Part shown: piece after piece, positions 27,261 to 35,397 of the stretch
Layout of the letters: every line of letters starts with the position of its first letter
Numbering within the stretch: the first letter of the stretch is position 1
Virus record (IMG/VR): IMGVR_UViG_3300045988_162524
Location: 1-64,000 of that record
Length of the DNA stretch: 64,000 bases
Direction: 5' to 3' (one strand)
Origin: a virus
Notes under the pieces: model-generated
Told to the model about the DNA's origin: nothing
Databases searched by the model: none
What the model saw: the letters and a program-made list of their open reading frames with translations, nothing else
Translations under genes and position numbers: made by a program

Positions 27261-27268
27261 CAAATATA
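27261..27268 (-). promoter_or_regulatory. -7 promoter box TATATTTG
   Basis: Reverse complement of caaatata, 22 nt upstream of ATG 27239. Confidence 0.5.
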
Positions 27269-27360
27269 TAAAATAAAAATTACTATACTGATTAAGGGTA
27301 AGAAAAAAAAAGTAAAAAAAAATGAAAATTGAAAAATTTATGGGCAAAAGCAGCACTTAA

Positions 27361-27408
27361 CCGTGGCTTCAAAACAGGGGGGGTGGTAGGCACGGGGAAA
27401 GCCACCGG
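27361..27408. other. GC-rich hairpin with G7 loop tract
   Basis: ccgtggctt / aagccaccgg (9 bp plus one bulge) enclosing cagggggggtgg. Lies at the left edge of the divergent region. Confidence 0.5.
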
Positions 27409-27756
27409 AAAACAGATGGCAAAATACAGGAATGAACGTATTTTTAGGCTTAATTTTAAAAGATCAATAATAAGACGATATAAACATAGTATTTCATATT
27501 AAAACATCGCATTAAGCCTTAAAACACGTCTAAAACACTCGTTTCGTGTTCTGGAAACATTGGTTTTGCCCTATAATGTGCAAAAATAGGCTGCATTAAA
27601 CAAGCATACACAAAAAAATGCTTGGCATGTGAGAAAGCCGCACTTTCCCATATATAACCTTTTTCGCATTTTGTTTTCTTCTTATAGATTTTTTCTATGA
27701 TGTTTATCTTTTCGATATGTTTTATCTATTCTATTTTTTTTACACGTTTATTTTTC

Positions 27757-27840
27757 TCTATATAGTATATATATATAATATAGTAGTATATATATTATTT
27801 ACTCATATACTATAACATCTTCGATATTATAGTATATTCG
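27757..27840. repeat. AT-rich segment with three TATAGTA(G)TATAT repeats
   Basis: TATAGTA at 27761, 27779 and 27828, embedded in TATA-type runs. Candidate DNA-unwinding element. Confidence 0.5.
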
Positions 27841-27846
27841 TTAATA

Positions 27847-27961
27847 GTGCTTGCCTGTTTGCTTTCCGTTTCCGCTTGCTTGCTTTTCCCCTTTTCCCTT
27901 TATCCCTTTTCCCGTTTGTGTTTTGCGTTGTTTTTTTTGTGTTCCAGTGCGTTTTTTCGTT
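27847..27961. repeat. A-depleted pyrimidine-rich tract
   Basis: 115 nt of the + strand contain only two A residues (27902, 27946). The complement reads GGGAAAA / GCAAGC-type purine repeats. Confidence 0.85.
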
Positions 27962-28030
27962 ATTGTTTACATTTAACACGAAATTAACTTAACTACGATT
28001 TTTTCGTACTTATTTGTGTTAATTCAATAA

Positions 28031-28087
28031 TGCATATAGTGCGCATAGTCTAACAAAGGTTAATATATTAGTGCATATTTTGCGCAT
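28031..28087 (+). promoter_or_regulatory. two 16-nt direct repeats TGCATAT(AG/TT)TGCGCAT upstream of a promoter box
   Basis: Copies at 28031-28046 and 28072-28087, identical at 14 of 16 positions. The second ends 14 nt before the box at 28102. Confidence 0.5.
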
Positions 28088-28101
28088 TCCGATAATGTGT
28101 G

Positions 28102-28109
28102 TATATTTG
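28102..28109 (+). promoter_or_regulatory. -7 promoter box TATATTTG
   Basis: Rightward-facing box, about 615 nt upstream of the first convincing + ORF (28725). Confidence 0.45.
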
Positions 28110-28609
28110 CAATACAAAGAAAGGGAAACAGTTTCCCAAGTAGTTCTTTAAAATACTGATTGACTCCTATCTTATGCAGACCGCAAGATATTATATTATA
28201 CACCTGTATAACAGGTTTTCGATTTACTGGGAATAGAGCTATATTATAATATCCCTTTTCTTTTTTGCGTTTCGTTCTGCTGTTGGTTAATTGGTTTTCG
28301 TTCATTCACATGTTGAAAATAGCGGCTTATTTGTTGCATCGTAGCAACCTTACAAGCATAAGACTATTAAGTAGGTATTACTCAAACATTGGTTATATCA
28401 GTACCTACAAACTAGTAATTAGTTATGAGACCGTAATAGTGAGTTATACGGGTGAAACGAAAGGAGACCGACCCTAGTAGTTATAATATAGTGAATAAAC
28501 CAATACAATAACAATTAAATTCTAAATAACATCTAATAATAGCAAGTATCCAATATAACGGGTAAATCTAGTAACAACTAACAATAATTAGTTATTACTC
28601 AAGTTCTGT

Positions 28610-28617
28610 TATATTTG
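28610..28617 (+). promoter_or_regulatory. -7 promoter box TATATTTG
   Basis: Rightward-facing box, about 107 nt upstream of ATG 28725. Confidence 0.45.
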
Positions 28618-28724
28618 GCTTGCTATTTTTGTTAATGTAGCCTATATATTCCTGTAATATATAGACGGTTACAAGCCCGATAAATACAGAGTTGCAATAT
28701 AATTACCAATATTAATATAAATCT

Positions 28725-28907
28725 ATGGAAATAATAGTATCTAAGAGATCCGGCAATGTATTAGTATATATACCGGAATTAAAAAAACGTGTTAGTTTAG
28801 ATTCTAGTACGTTTTTGTGGTTTGATGGTAGTTTTTGCCATAACGAAATAGTAGACCACATTGAACGTAATTTTAAAATATATATTACGAATGTGATATA
28901 TTTGTAA
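28725..28907 (+). CDS. hypothetical early protein
   Basis: 60-aa ORF, first of the rightward array. Confidence 0.45.
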   Translation: MEIIVSKRSGNVLVYIPELKKRVSLDSSTFLWFDGSFCHNEIVDHIERNFKIYITNVIYL

Positions 28908-28943
28908 GCATTCGTATAAAATACTAATCAATACTTTTTAATC

Positions 28944-29195
28944 ATGGGAAAGATAGAAGAAAAAAAGACGTTTAAGTATGTTGTTACTTATATGTTATAC
29001 AGACATACAAACGTACTTATAAAAGTAGGAAAAAAAACTTATGAATTTGTAAATGTGTGCGATGATAATAAAACCGCTTTTGGCGGCAATACGATAGCAG
29101 TTCTTTATGATTTTAAGGCACAAAAATATATAGCGGTTAAAGTTGATGATGAAAAGTTTAACAAGGTTGAGACTATAATACTACCAAATCAATAA
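28944..29195 (+). CDS. hypothetical early protein
   Basis: 83-aa ORF in the co-directional array. Confidence 0.5.
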   Translation: MGKIEEKKTFKYVVTYMLYRHTNVLIKVGKKTYEFVNVCDDNKTAFGGNTIAVLYDFKAQKYIAVKVDDEKFNKVETIILPNQ

Positions 29196-29219
29196 TAATT
29201 AAATAAAGGAGGAATAAAC

Positions 29220-29477
29220 ATGAAAAATTTAGTAAATATTTGCGATTTATATCCAAACGATAGCCATAAGTCTTTTTACGGGAAAGCGAAAGTAAAAATA
29301 TATAGCGATAATACAAAAGTACTTCAATCTTATAACACCGACGTTGCAAAAATAGATGCAAACGGAAATGTTATACGATTGTGGAACGGTTGGAGTGCTA
29401 CAACTGGCAGACATATAGCAAGTTTTTGCGGACTAAATAAAAAAGAATTTTTAAATTTACCTTTAAATAATAAATAA
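29220..29477 (+). CDS. hypothetical early protein
   Basis: 85-aa ORF with AGGAGG (29207-29212) 7 nt upstream. Confidence 0.6.
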   Translation: MKNLVNICDLYPNDSHKSFYGKAKVKIYSDNTKVLQSYNTDVAKIDANGNVIRLWNGWSATTGRHIASFCGLNKKEFLNLPLNNK

Positions 29478-29480
29478 GTT

Positions 29481-29732
29481 ATGACTACAAAAGAATTTAA
29501 CAATAGCATTATATCTAATTGTTTAGGCGAATTCTTAGACAATGAAGGAAATACAAATGTCATTTATATTGGATATAGAGACGACACGAACGAATTAATA
29601 GCCGGTAACGTATGTAATACCGTAATAATTCCGATAACTTCGATAGATTACGACGATGATCTTTCTATAGATGCAAATATAGAAATTCTTTGGGATAAAT
29701 TAGATTATATAGGCTTTGAAAGAATAGGTTAA
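29481..29732 (+). CDS. hypothetical early protein
   Basis: 83-aa ORF, acidic. Confidence 0.5.
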   Translation: MTTKEFNNSIISNCLGEFLDNEGNTNVIYIGYRDDTNELIAGNVCNTVIIPITSIDYDDDLSIDANIEILWDKLDYIGFERIG

Positions 29733-29758
29733 ATTAAACGAAATAGGAGAAACAAATC

Positions 29759-30127
29759 ATGAAAAAGAATGTAAGAGAACATAAAAATGTAGGGGTACAA
29801 TTTGCATACGTTTTGGACTGCATTTATAACGATGAAAAATTAGATATGAGTGATAAAGAAGCTATTAATTACTTCTTTGACTGTTTTGATAGAGAATATA
29901 ACGACGCTTATTATAAGCGGTTATATCCTAGTTTACAGGAACGAGTGAAAGAATATATAAAAGGTTTGCCGTCTTGTTTCGGTGTGGCTTATTGCACTGA
30001 TACTATAATTAATATAGGCAAATCGTGGGGATATTGCAGAACGGAAAGACAAATAGTTGATTTTCAAAATAATTGGTTTTCGGTTATTGCGTGGAGATTA
30101 ATACAGTTAAAAGAGAAATTAAACTAA
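29759..30127 (+). CDS. hypothetical early protein
   Basis: 122-aa ORF with a GGAGA SD-like site upstream. Confidence 0.55.
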   Translation: MKKNVREHKNVGVQFAYVLDCIYNDEKLDMSDKEAINYFFDCFDREYNDAYYKRLYPSLQERVKEYIKGLPSCFGVAYCTDTIINIGKSWGYCRTERQIVDFQNNWFSVIAWRLIQLKEKLN

Positions 30128-30414
30128 ATACATTATAGCATGGAAATAACATTTAATATATCGCAAAAATATTGGTCTGACTCTTTTATAGACTCATTAT
30201 TAATGTAGAAAGTTTTAATAAACTTTGCGGTGAAATAAATATAGGCGCAAAAGGTATTTCTTCTTCTACCTGTAATATACCCCGAAATAGATTTGCCTTT
30301 CATCAAGCGGATAAAGCAAAAGTTATCGTAGAAAAAAGACAAAGAAGGGGCTATATACAAATTGCTTTTATTTTTTAAATATATATAGTTATAAGGAATT
30401 AAAATAATAGAGTT

Positions 30415-30744
30415 ATGAAAACAATTAAATATAAGACTTTAATAGGTTTATTAAACCAAACTAGACAAATGACAGTAGAACAATTTATAAACGGACGTTT
30501 TCACCATAATACAAAAGGGTGGATAAACTTTAAATTAAATGAAGAAGAAAAGAAAAAGGTATTGCAAAACTTTTCCAAATATTGTTTTGCAACAAAGAAA
30601 GCGCAAAAACAAATGTTTCATAACCTTGTAAATAATTACGGAGATACTAGTTTGTTTCAATGTTTTTACATTGATAAAAGGGGCTTTAGCAATAGTTTAT
30701 CCGGCGAGGCTTTCGATTACTGTAGGAAACGTTTTAATAAATAA
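30415..30744 (+). CDS. hypothetical early protein
   Basis: 109-aa basic ORF. Confidence 0.5.
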   Translation: MKTIKYKTLIGLLNQTRQMTVEQFINGRFHHNTKGWINFKLNEEEKKKVLQNFSKYCFATKKAQKQMFHNLVNNYGDTSLFQCFYIDKRGFSNSLSGEAFDYCRKRFNK

Positions 30745-30992
30745 TGGAAATGAAAACAAAAGTAAATTTTAGAATAACACGAGACGGTGAAATTATTGCC
30801 GTGTTTATAGAAAAGCTAATTAATGATAATTTTTTAGTATATTCTTTGTATGATAACATGCACTTTGAGGCTGACAGTACCTATATAAGAGAATGTAAAC
30901 CAGCAAAAGGGTATAATACAAGTGAATTACTAGACTATTTAAAAAATAGAGGCTATAAAAATATAGAAATATTATCGAGAATGAAATTTTAA
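30744..30992 (+). CDS. hypothetical early protein
   Basis: 82-aa ORF. Its ATG overlaps the preceding stop. Confidence 0.5.
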   Translation: MEMKTKVNFRITRDGEIIAVFIEKLINDNFLVYSLYDNMHFEADSTYIRECKPAKGYNTSELLDYLKNRGYKNIEILSRMKF

Positions 30993-31111
30993 TTTTATGG
31001 AACGGAAAGAATTTAAAGAGATAATAAAAGGCTTTTCCGCTTTATATGGAATACTTTTAGTATTGTATATATTAGGAATTATATTTTGCTAACCAAATAA
31101 AAAAGAAAGTC

Positions 31112-31423
31112 ATGAAAGCATTTAAATTAGATATTTATAGAGATAACGAACTAGTTTATAGTAACGTTTATAATAATAACATTGTATCTATTTGTGATCA
31201 TATTGTGTCTTTTTCCAAATATTTACAAAGTAAATTATTTGTATCAGTTAGACAAATGTATTTTAATAATCTAGGCGAATTGAAGCCCAAAATGTATAAA
31301 GGTAAGTTTAATTATTCGCTATCTTGTGCTATAGATAATAATACGTCTTACAAAGAATTAATATCTTTTTTGGAAAGGCACGAACCTAATTTGATAGAAA
31401 ATAAAGATTTTACCAATGAGTGA
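31112..31423 (+). CDS. hypothetical early protein
   Basis: 103-aa ORF. Confidence 0.5.
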   Translation: MKAFKLDIYRDNELVYSNVYNNNIVSICDHIVSFSKYLQSKLFVSVRQMYFNNLGELKPKMYKGKFNYSLSCAIDNNTSYKELISFLERHEPNLIENKDFTNE

Positions 31424-31631
31424 AGAAAAAAGAAAAGAGTTTCTAACAAAATTAGCTAGTTTGTTAGACGAGTATAACGTAAATATAATATTTACATGTA
31501 GCGGAGGGTCTGATATTAGCGGTTTATATAGCGACCGTATTATAATTTCGGAAAGAAAAACAGAGGAAATTATACTAGACACATTCGATGAATGGAATTT
31601 AAGCGGTAACGTTATTAAAGAAAATATGTAA
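31416..31631 (+). CDS. hypothetical early protein
   Basis: 71-aa ORF, 8-nt overlap with its neighbour. Confidence 0.5.
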   Translation: MSEEKRKEFLTKLASLLDEYNVNIIFTCSGGSDISGLYSDRIIISERKTEEIILDTFDEWNLSGNVIKENM

Positions 31632-31772
31632 TCATGAAAAAAAGAACAATTATAAATAAAAGAATAGAATTCGTTTGTACGGTGATGAATAACAAAGTAT
31701 ATTATTCAGAGAAAGAACGCAAAAGAATAGAAAGAAGAATGTTTATATTAAACAATTTAAAATATTAAAGCC

Positions 31773-31997
31773 ATGAAAGAGATATTTAAACGAATAAAGA
31801 AATCACACCCCGATTATTTAATAATTATAAAAAAGAATAATTTGGGACAAATATATGAAAGTGATGCAATTATAGCTAAGGAAATTTTAGATATTAAATT
31901 AAATAAAAACGGTATATTGTGTTTTTCTTGGGAATTGTTAGATAGTATTTTAGTAAAGTTAATACATAACGGTATAAAAGTAGCGGTTAAAGAATAA
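31773..31997 (+). CDS. stand-alone MutS domain I-like mini protein
   Basis: IFKRIKKSHPDYLIIIKKNNLGQIYESDAIIAKEILDIKLNKNG...LVKLIHNGIKVAVKE aligns by eye with the MutS N-terminus (Y..lK..hPd.lLf.r.GDFYE.f..DA..a...L.i.LT.r...L..L...G..VAi.EQ). Confidence 0.5.
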   Translation: MKEIFKRIKKSHPDYLIIIKKNNLGQIYESDAIIAKEILDIKLNKNGILCFSWELLDSILVKLIHNGIKVAVKE

Positions 31998-32154
31998 TAT
32001 TATGAAAGAATATATTGTATATTACGGACTAGGAAATATTTGTTATTATATAGGTGTATTAGCCAATGACGAAAAAGAAGCAAAAGAGATAATAGAAAAG
32101 CAACTTACAAACGGCTTGAAAGTACTCAAAGTAAAATTAATGGAGGAATGAGTT

Positions 32155-32541
32155 ATGAAAAAGTATACAGAAAAGCAAATAGAGTCATTTAAAGAAATGA
32201 TTAATAACGGTATAATATCTCAAATTGATGGATACCCGGAACTATGTAGAAAGATTGTACGTGATGTTCACGAAATCGAAGAAGGGTATTTTACTTTTGA
32301 AAATCTTTCTACAAATGAAATTGTAAATCAGTGGGACGCTAGAGGAGAAAAAGGGCATTTAATCGACAGCTTGATAGAAAGTTACGACAAGCCGGAAATC
32401 ATTTTAAAGGATATAGTTAAAACTTATTCGGAATATTTGTTTCCTGATCAAGTAGACCGAAGATATATGATAAAGTTGTTAGGTTTACGAGATTACGCTA
32501 CAAAGGAAGAAATTATAAAAGAATTAAATGAAATACTATGA
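32155..32541 (+). CDS. hypothetical early protein
   Basis: 128-aa ORF with a GGAGGA SD-like site upstream. Confidence 0.55.
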   Translation: MKKYTEKQIESFKEMINNGIISQIDGYPELCRKIVRDVHEIEEGYFTFENLSTNEIVNQWDARGEKGHLIDSLIESYDKPEIILKDIVKTYSEYLFPDQVDRRYMIKLLGLRDYATKEEIIKELNEIL

Positions 32542-32709
32542 AAAAGAAAAAGTTTGATCCAATAAATTTCATTCCTAATCAGTCAAAATATCAAAGAGGT
32601 ATTTTTAATGAATCTTTTGAAAAAGAACTGGAAGGACTTGCAGCGAATGAAATTCAAAGGGAGTTATTATTAAAGAAAAGTAATAAACATATTAATAAAA
32701 AGTGATAAT

Positions 32710-32913
32710 ATGAAAGCAAAAGATTACAAAGAGAATGGATATACACATGTATTGGTTGAAATCACTAATTTTGCCAATAAGCCGGAAATAACGAAAGGTT
32801 TTAAAAGTTATTACGAAATGAGAAAAGCCAAATATAGAATGAATTTACATGAAATAAATTCAAAAATATTCTCATTTATGAGTGTCGACAAGGCTATTGA
32901 TAATGGTCTTTAA
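32710..32913 (+). CDS. hypothetical early protein
   Basis: 67-aa ORF. Confidence 0.45.
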   Translation: MKAKDYKENGYTHVLVEITNFANKPEITKGFKSYYEMRKAKYRMNLHEINSKIFSFMSVDKAIDNGL

Positions 32914-33005
32914 ATAAAGAAAGGAGTAAAAAATGTTGTTTATAATATGTTTGATTATTTGGGGTGGATGTACTGTATTTGAAGGGCTAACTAAAAAATA
33001 GTAAT

Positions 33006-33740
33006 ATGAATAAGTATATATCTTGGCGTAGGGTGTCAACGCAAAAACAAGGTCGATCTGGTTTAGGACTTGAGGCACAAAAAGACATTATAAATTACTT
33101 CATAGAAAAAGATAACGGTTTGTTGTTGGCGGACTATGAAGAAATTTATACCGGAACGGAATTGTCTAAATGTACGGAATTACGGAAAGCGATTGAACAC
33201 GCAAAGAAAGAAAATGCTAAATTGATTATTGCTAAGTGCGATCGTTTCCGTAATACATTAGAGGCACTACAAGTATTAGCGGAAATTGGTGAAAACAATA
33301 TTGTTTTTTGTGATTTACCTAATAGTGACAAATTTACTTTGACATTATTCTTCAGTTTGGCTGAAAGAGAAGCATTGTTGGTTAGCATACGTACAAAAGC
33401 GGCTTTAGCAGCAAAGAAAAAACGTAATGAGCAAACAGGAGGAACAAAAGAATTGTGGGGAAAGAATAGTTCTACAGATAGAATAGTTTCAATAAATAAG
33501 ATGCAAGATGAGTCCGCAAACAAAAGGCGAGAAAATGCACGTGTTAATGAAAGTAATGTGTTTTTTTGGGCTTTCATTACTGATTGGATAAAAGATAAGG
33601 GAGAGCCTAGAAACTACGAAATTTGGGGAGATATTGCACAAAAATTGAATAATCTGAATCAAAAGACAGCTACAGGAATGGAATATAATTCAGTTCGTGC
33701 GGCTGCAATGTATCGTAAACTTAAAAAGATAATGAAGTAA
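33006..33740 (+). CDS. small serine recombinase (resolvase/invertase family)
   Basis: N-terminal YISWRRVSTQKQ (catalytic Ser motif), then LIIAKCDRFRNTLEAL. C-terminal IAQKLNNLNQKTATGMEYN is HTH-like. Confidence 0.8.
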   Translation: MNKYISWRRVSTQKQGRSGLGLEAQKDIINYFIEKDNGLLLADYEEIYTGTELSKCTELRKAIEHAKKENAKLIIAKCDRFRNTLEALQVLAEIGENNIVFCDLPNSDKFTLTLFFSLAEREALLVSIRTKAALAAKKKRNEQTGGTKELWGKNSSTDRIVSINKMQDESANKRRENARVNESNVFFWAFITDWIKDKGEPRNYEIWGDIAQKLNNLNQKTATGMEYNSVRAAAMYRKLKKIMK

Positions 33741-33771
33741 AAACGAGATAATATTAAATTTATATAAAGCT

Positions 33772-33975
33772 ATGAGCAAAAGAATTTTAATAGAGAATTA
33801 TTTCAGGAATAAATATCCTGATGAAAGGTATCAGTTCAAAGCATATCATACTATAGAGGATATGTTTGGAGTCAAAGGGAACAATCTTTATGTCGTTGAA
33901 TTTATAGATGTGAAGATGAGATACCCTAAAACATTGGAGTTAAGAATCAAAGAAAGTGAATTATTAAATATTTGA
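33772..33975 (+). CDS. hypothetical protein
   Basis: 67-aa ORF. Confidence 0.45.
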   Translation: MSKRILIENYFRNKYPDERYQFKAYHTIEDMFGVKGNNLYVVEFIDVKMRYPKTLELRIKESELLNI

Positions 33976-33978
33976 GTT

Positions 33979-34182
33979 ATGGAAAGCAAAGAGGATATTA
34001 TTAGAAAATATATCAAAGGAATAGTTTCTATTGAAAGCAATGGGAAAGTTATGTATGTTTCCACAAAGAATTGCTTTGCTAGAACAAGTACCTTAGAATT
34101 TCTAAAAGAGAGATTAAATTGCAAAGAAATATTGGTAGAAATAAAAGCAAAAGATGGTTTATTAATGTATGTAATTGAATAA
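33979..34182 (+). CDS. hypothetical protein
   Basis: 67-aa ORF. Confidence 0.45.
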   Translation: MESKEDIIRKYIKGIVSIESNGKVMYVSTKNCFARTSTLEFLKERLNCKEILVEIKAKDGLLMYVIE

Positions 34183-34368
34183 TGATATGAAAACAAAGAA
34201 AATCACCTTAGTATTAGATTCTAAAACAACAAAGAATCCTTAAATTAACATTGGCAGCATGTTTTAATGGAGAAGAAGTAGAAGTTAGCTTCCTTGCCAA
34301 TCTTTTCAAATTGGTGGTAGATGGTTTATTAATTTGGTGGTTGGTAGAATCATTTAAATATTAGAACT

Positions 34369-34599
34369 ATGACATACAAAAAGTTTTTAGAGCAAACAAA
34401 AAAAGCTAAAACGGAATTTATAAAAAGAATCCGTCAGTATGAAGATGTTACAAGCAAAGAAATTGATAACATCGAAATAAGTTGGGATTATATTCGCATA
34501 TCGCTTTATTTGCAAACAGAAGAAAGTGAATATGAACATGTATGGGAATACGATGGCACAAAAGATGAATTGTTTAGTTTATGTTTTGATGTAAAATAA
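34369..34599 (+). CDS. hypothetical protein
   Basis: 76-aa ORF. Confidence 0.5.
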   Translation: MTYKKFLEQTKKAKTEFIKRIRQYEDVTSKEIDNIEISWDYIRISLYLQTEESEYEHVWEYDGTKDELFSLCFDVK

Positions 34600-34616
34600 A
34601 AGTAAATATATACAAT

Positions 34617-34820
34617 ATGTGGATAAGAATACAGAATCAACGATTGAAAGACGCAAGTATTAAAGAATACAAAGGGCGTGGGAACAGTGTTTCAAGTGGT
34701 AAATACTGCATTGAAATGAAGTACGGGAACGGAATAAGGTATTTCTATTTTGACAATGAAGTAGAATATGATAGAGCTTTGTTTCGGCTAGATGAAATAT
34801 TGAAAGTACAAGAGGTTTAA
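34617..34820 (+). CDS. hypothetical protein
   Basis: 67-aa ORF. Confidence 0.45.
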   Translation: MWIRIQNQRLKDASIKEYKGRGNSVSSGKYCIEMKYGNGIRYFYFDNEVEYDRALFRLDEILKVQEV

Positions 34821-34836
34821 TTAAGGAGGAATAATT

Positions 34837-34971
34837 ATGACAGTACAAGAACTAATTGATATTTTATCTGCGATAGAAGATAAAAGTAAACCTGTAAAAA
34901 TAGACATCTTTGATGATGAAGTCAAAGATGTTATAGAGCGTGAAGATCGTGTTGAACTTTATGATTATTGA
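34837..34971 (+). CDS. small acidic protein (tandem paralogue 1)
   Basis: 44-aa ORF MTVQELIDILSAIEDKSKPVKIDIFDDE..., AGGAGG 7 nt upstream. Paralogue of the next ORF. Confidence 0.5.
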   Translation: MTVQELIDILSAIEDKSKPVKIDIFDDEVKDVIEREDRVELYDY

Positions 34972-34973
34972 AT

Positions 34974-35111
34974 ATGACAGTAGAAGCTTTAATTGAACTA
35001 CTTGAAGAAGTAGAAGATAAAACTAGAGACGTAAAATTTAACGATGGTTGGGATGCTTATTTAATTGAAGATGTTGATACTGAATCAACAGATGATGTGA
35101 TTCTTTTATAA
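34974..35111 (+). CDS. small acidic protein (tandem paralogue 2)
   Basis: 45-aa ORF MTVEALIELLEEVEDKTRDVKFNDGWD... Last gene of the first rightward module. Confidence 0.5.
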   Translation: MTVEALIELLEEVEDKTRDVKFNDGWDAYLIEDVDTESTDDVILL

Positions 35112-35120
35112 CCATAATAA

Positions 35121-35178
35121 AACCTTATGGTTAACCATATGGTTATATTTAGGTTATCCATAAGAAAACCACATGGTT
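35121..35178. promoter_or_regulatory. cluster of AACC-N4-GGTT dyads (operator candidates)
   Basis: AACCTTATGGTT (35121), AACCATATGGTT (35133, a perfect palindrome, abutting the first), AACCACATGGTT (35167), plus half-site GGTTATCCATAAG (35152). Confidence 0.55.
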
Positions 35179-35238
35179 TTAGAAAGTTATATAAATGTTA
35201 AATACATCTTTTCTCTTGCTCATCTCAAAAATAAAGAA

Positions 35239-35255
35239 GATATTTGCCGATGTAT
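35239..35255 (+). promoter_or_regulatory. conserved 17-mer GATATTTGCCGATGTAT (near-consensus -7 box), copy 1
   Basis: Exact second copy at 52537-52553. GATATTTG differs from TAnnTTTG at position 1 only. Confidence 0.45.
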
Positions 35256-35318
35256 TAGAAGTAGAGAGCTAATGCGGACATATTAAAAGACTTTTTTAAG
35301 TGACAAAAATATATTCTT

Positions 35319-35397
35319 AAATCCGTATTGTTCTCTCTACCTTGACAATACGGATTTTTTATTCCGTATTGGATTTTTCTAATACGGAATATTTTTT
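35319..35397 (+). terminator. tandem intrinsic terminators
   Basis: Hairpin 1 has a 12-bp stem aaatccgtattg/caatacggattt plus T6. Hairpin 2 has a 10-bp stem attccgtatt/aatacggaat plus T6. The arms share the core CCGTATT. Confidence 0.7.

Noticed and set aside
25663-28724. CRISPR or mini-array among the intergenic repeats
   Set aside because: The repeats are only 8-16 nt with irregular spacing and orientation. There are no 24-40-nt units with uniform spacers.
30133-30360. 75-aa leftward ORF in a 290-nt gap of the rightward early block as an antisense regulator or toxin gene
   Set aside because: It starts at TTG, has no leftward promoter box and no recognisable motif. The gap is more simply an untranslated spacer. 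It remains worth a look in expression data.
33006-33740. Invertase-driven shufflon controlling fibre choice
   Set aside because: All fibre genes are co-oriented, there are no inverted fibre-gene fragments, and I found no inverted repeats flanking any segment near the recombinase or the fibres by eye.
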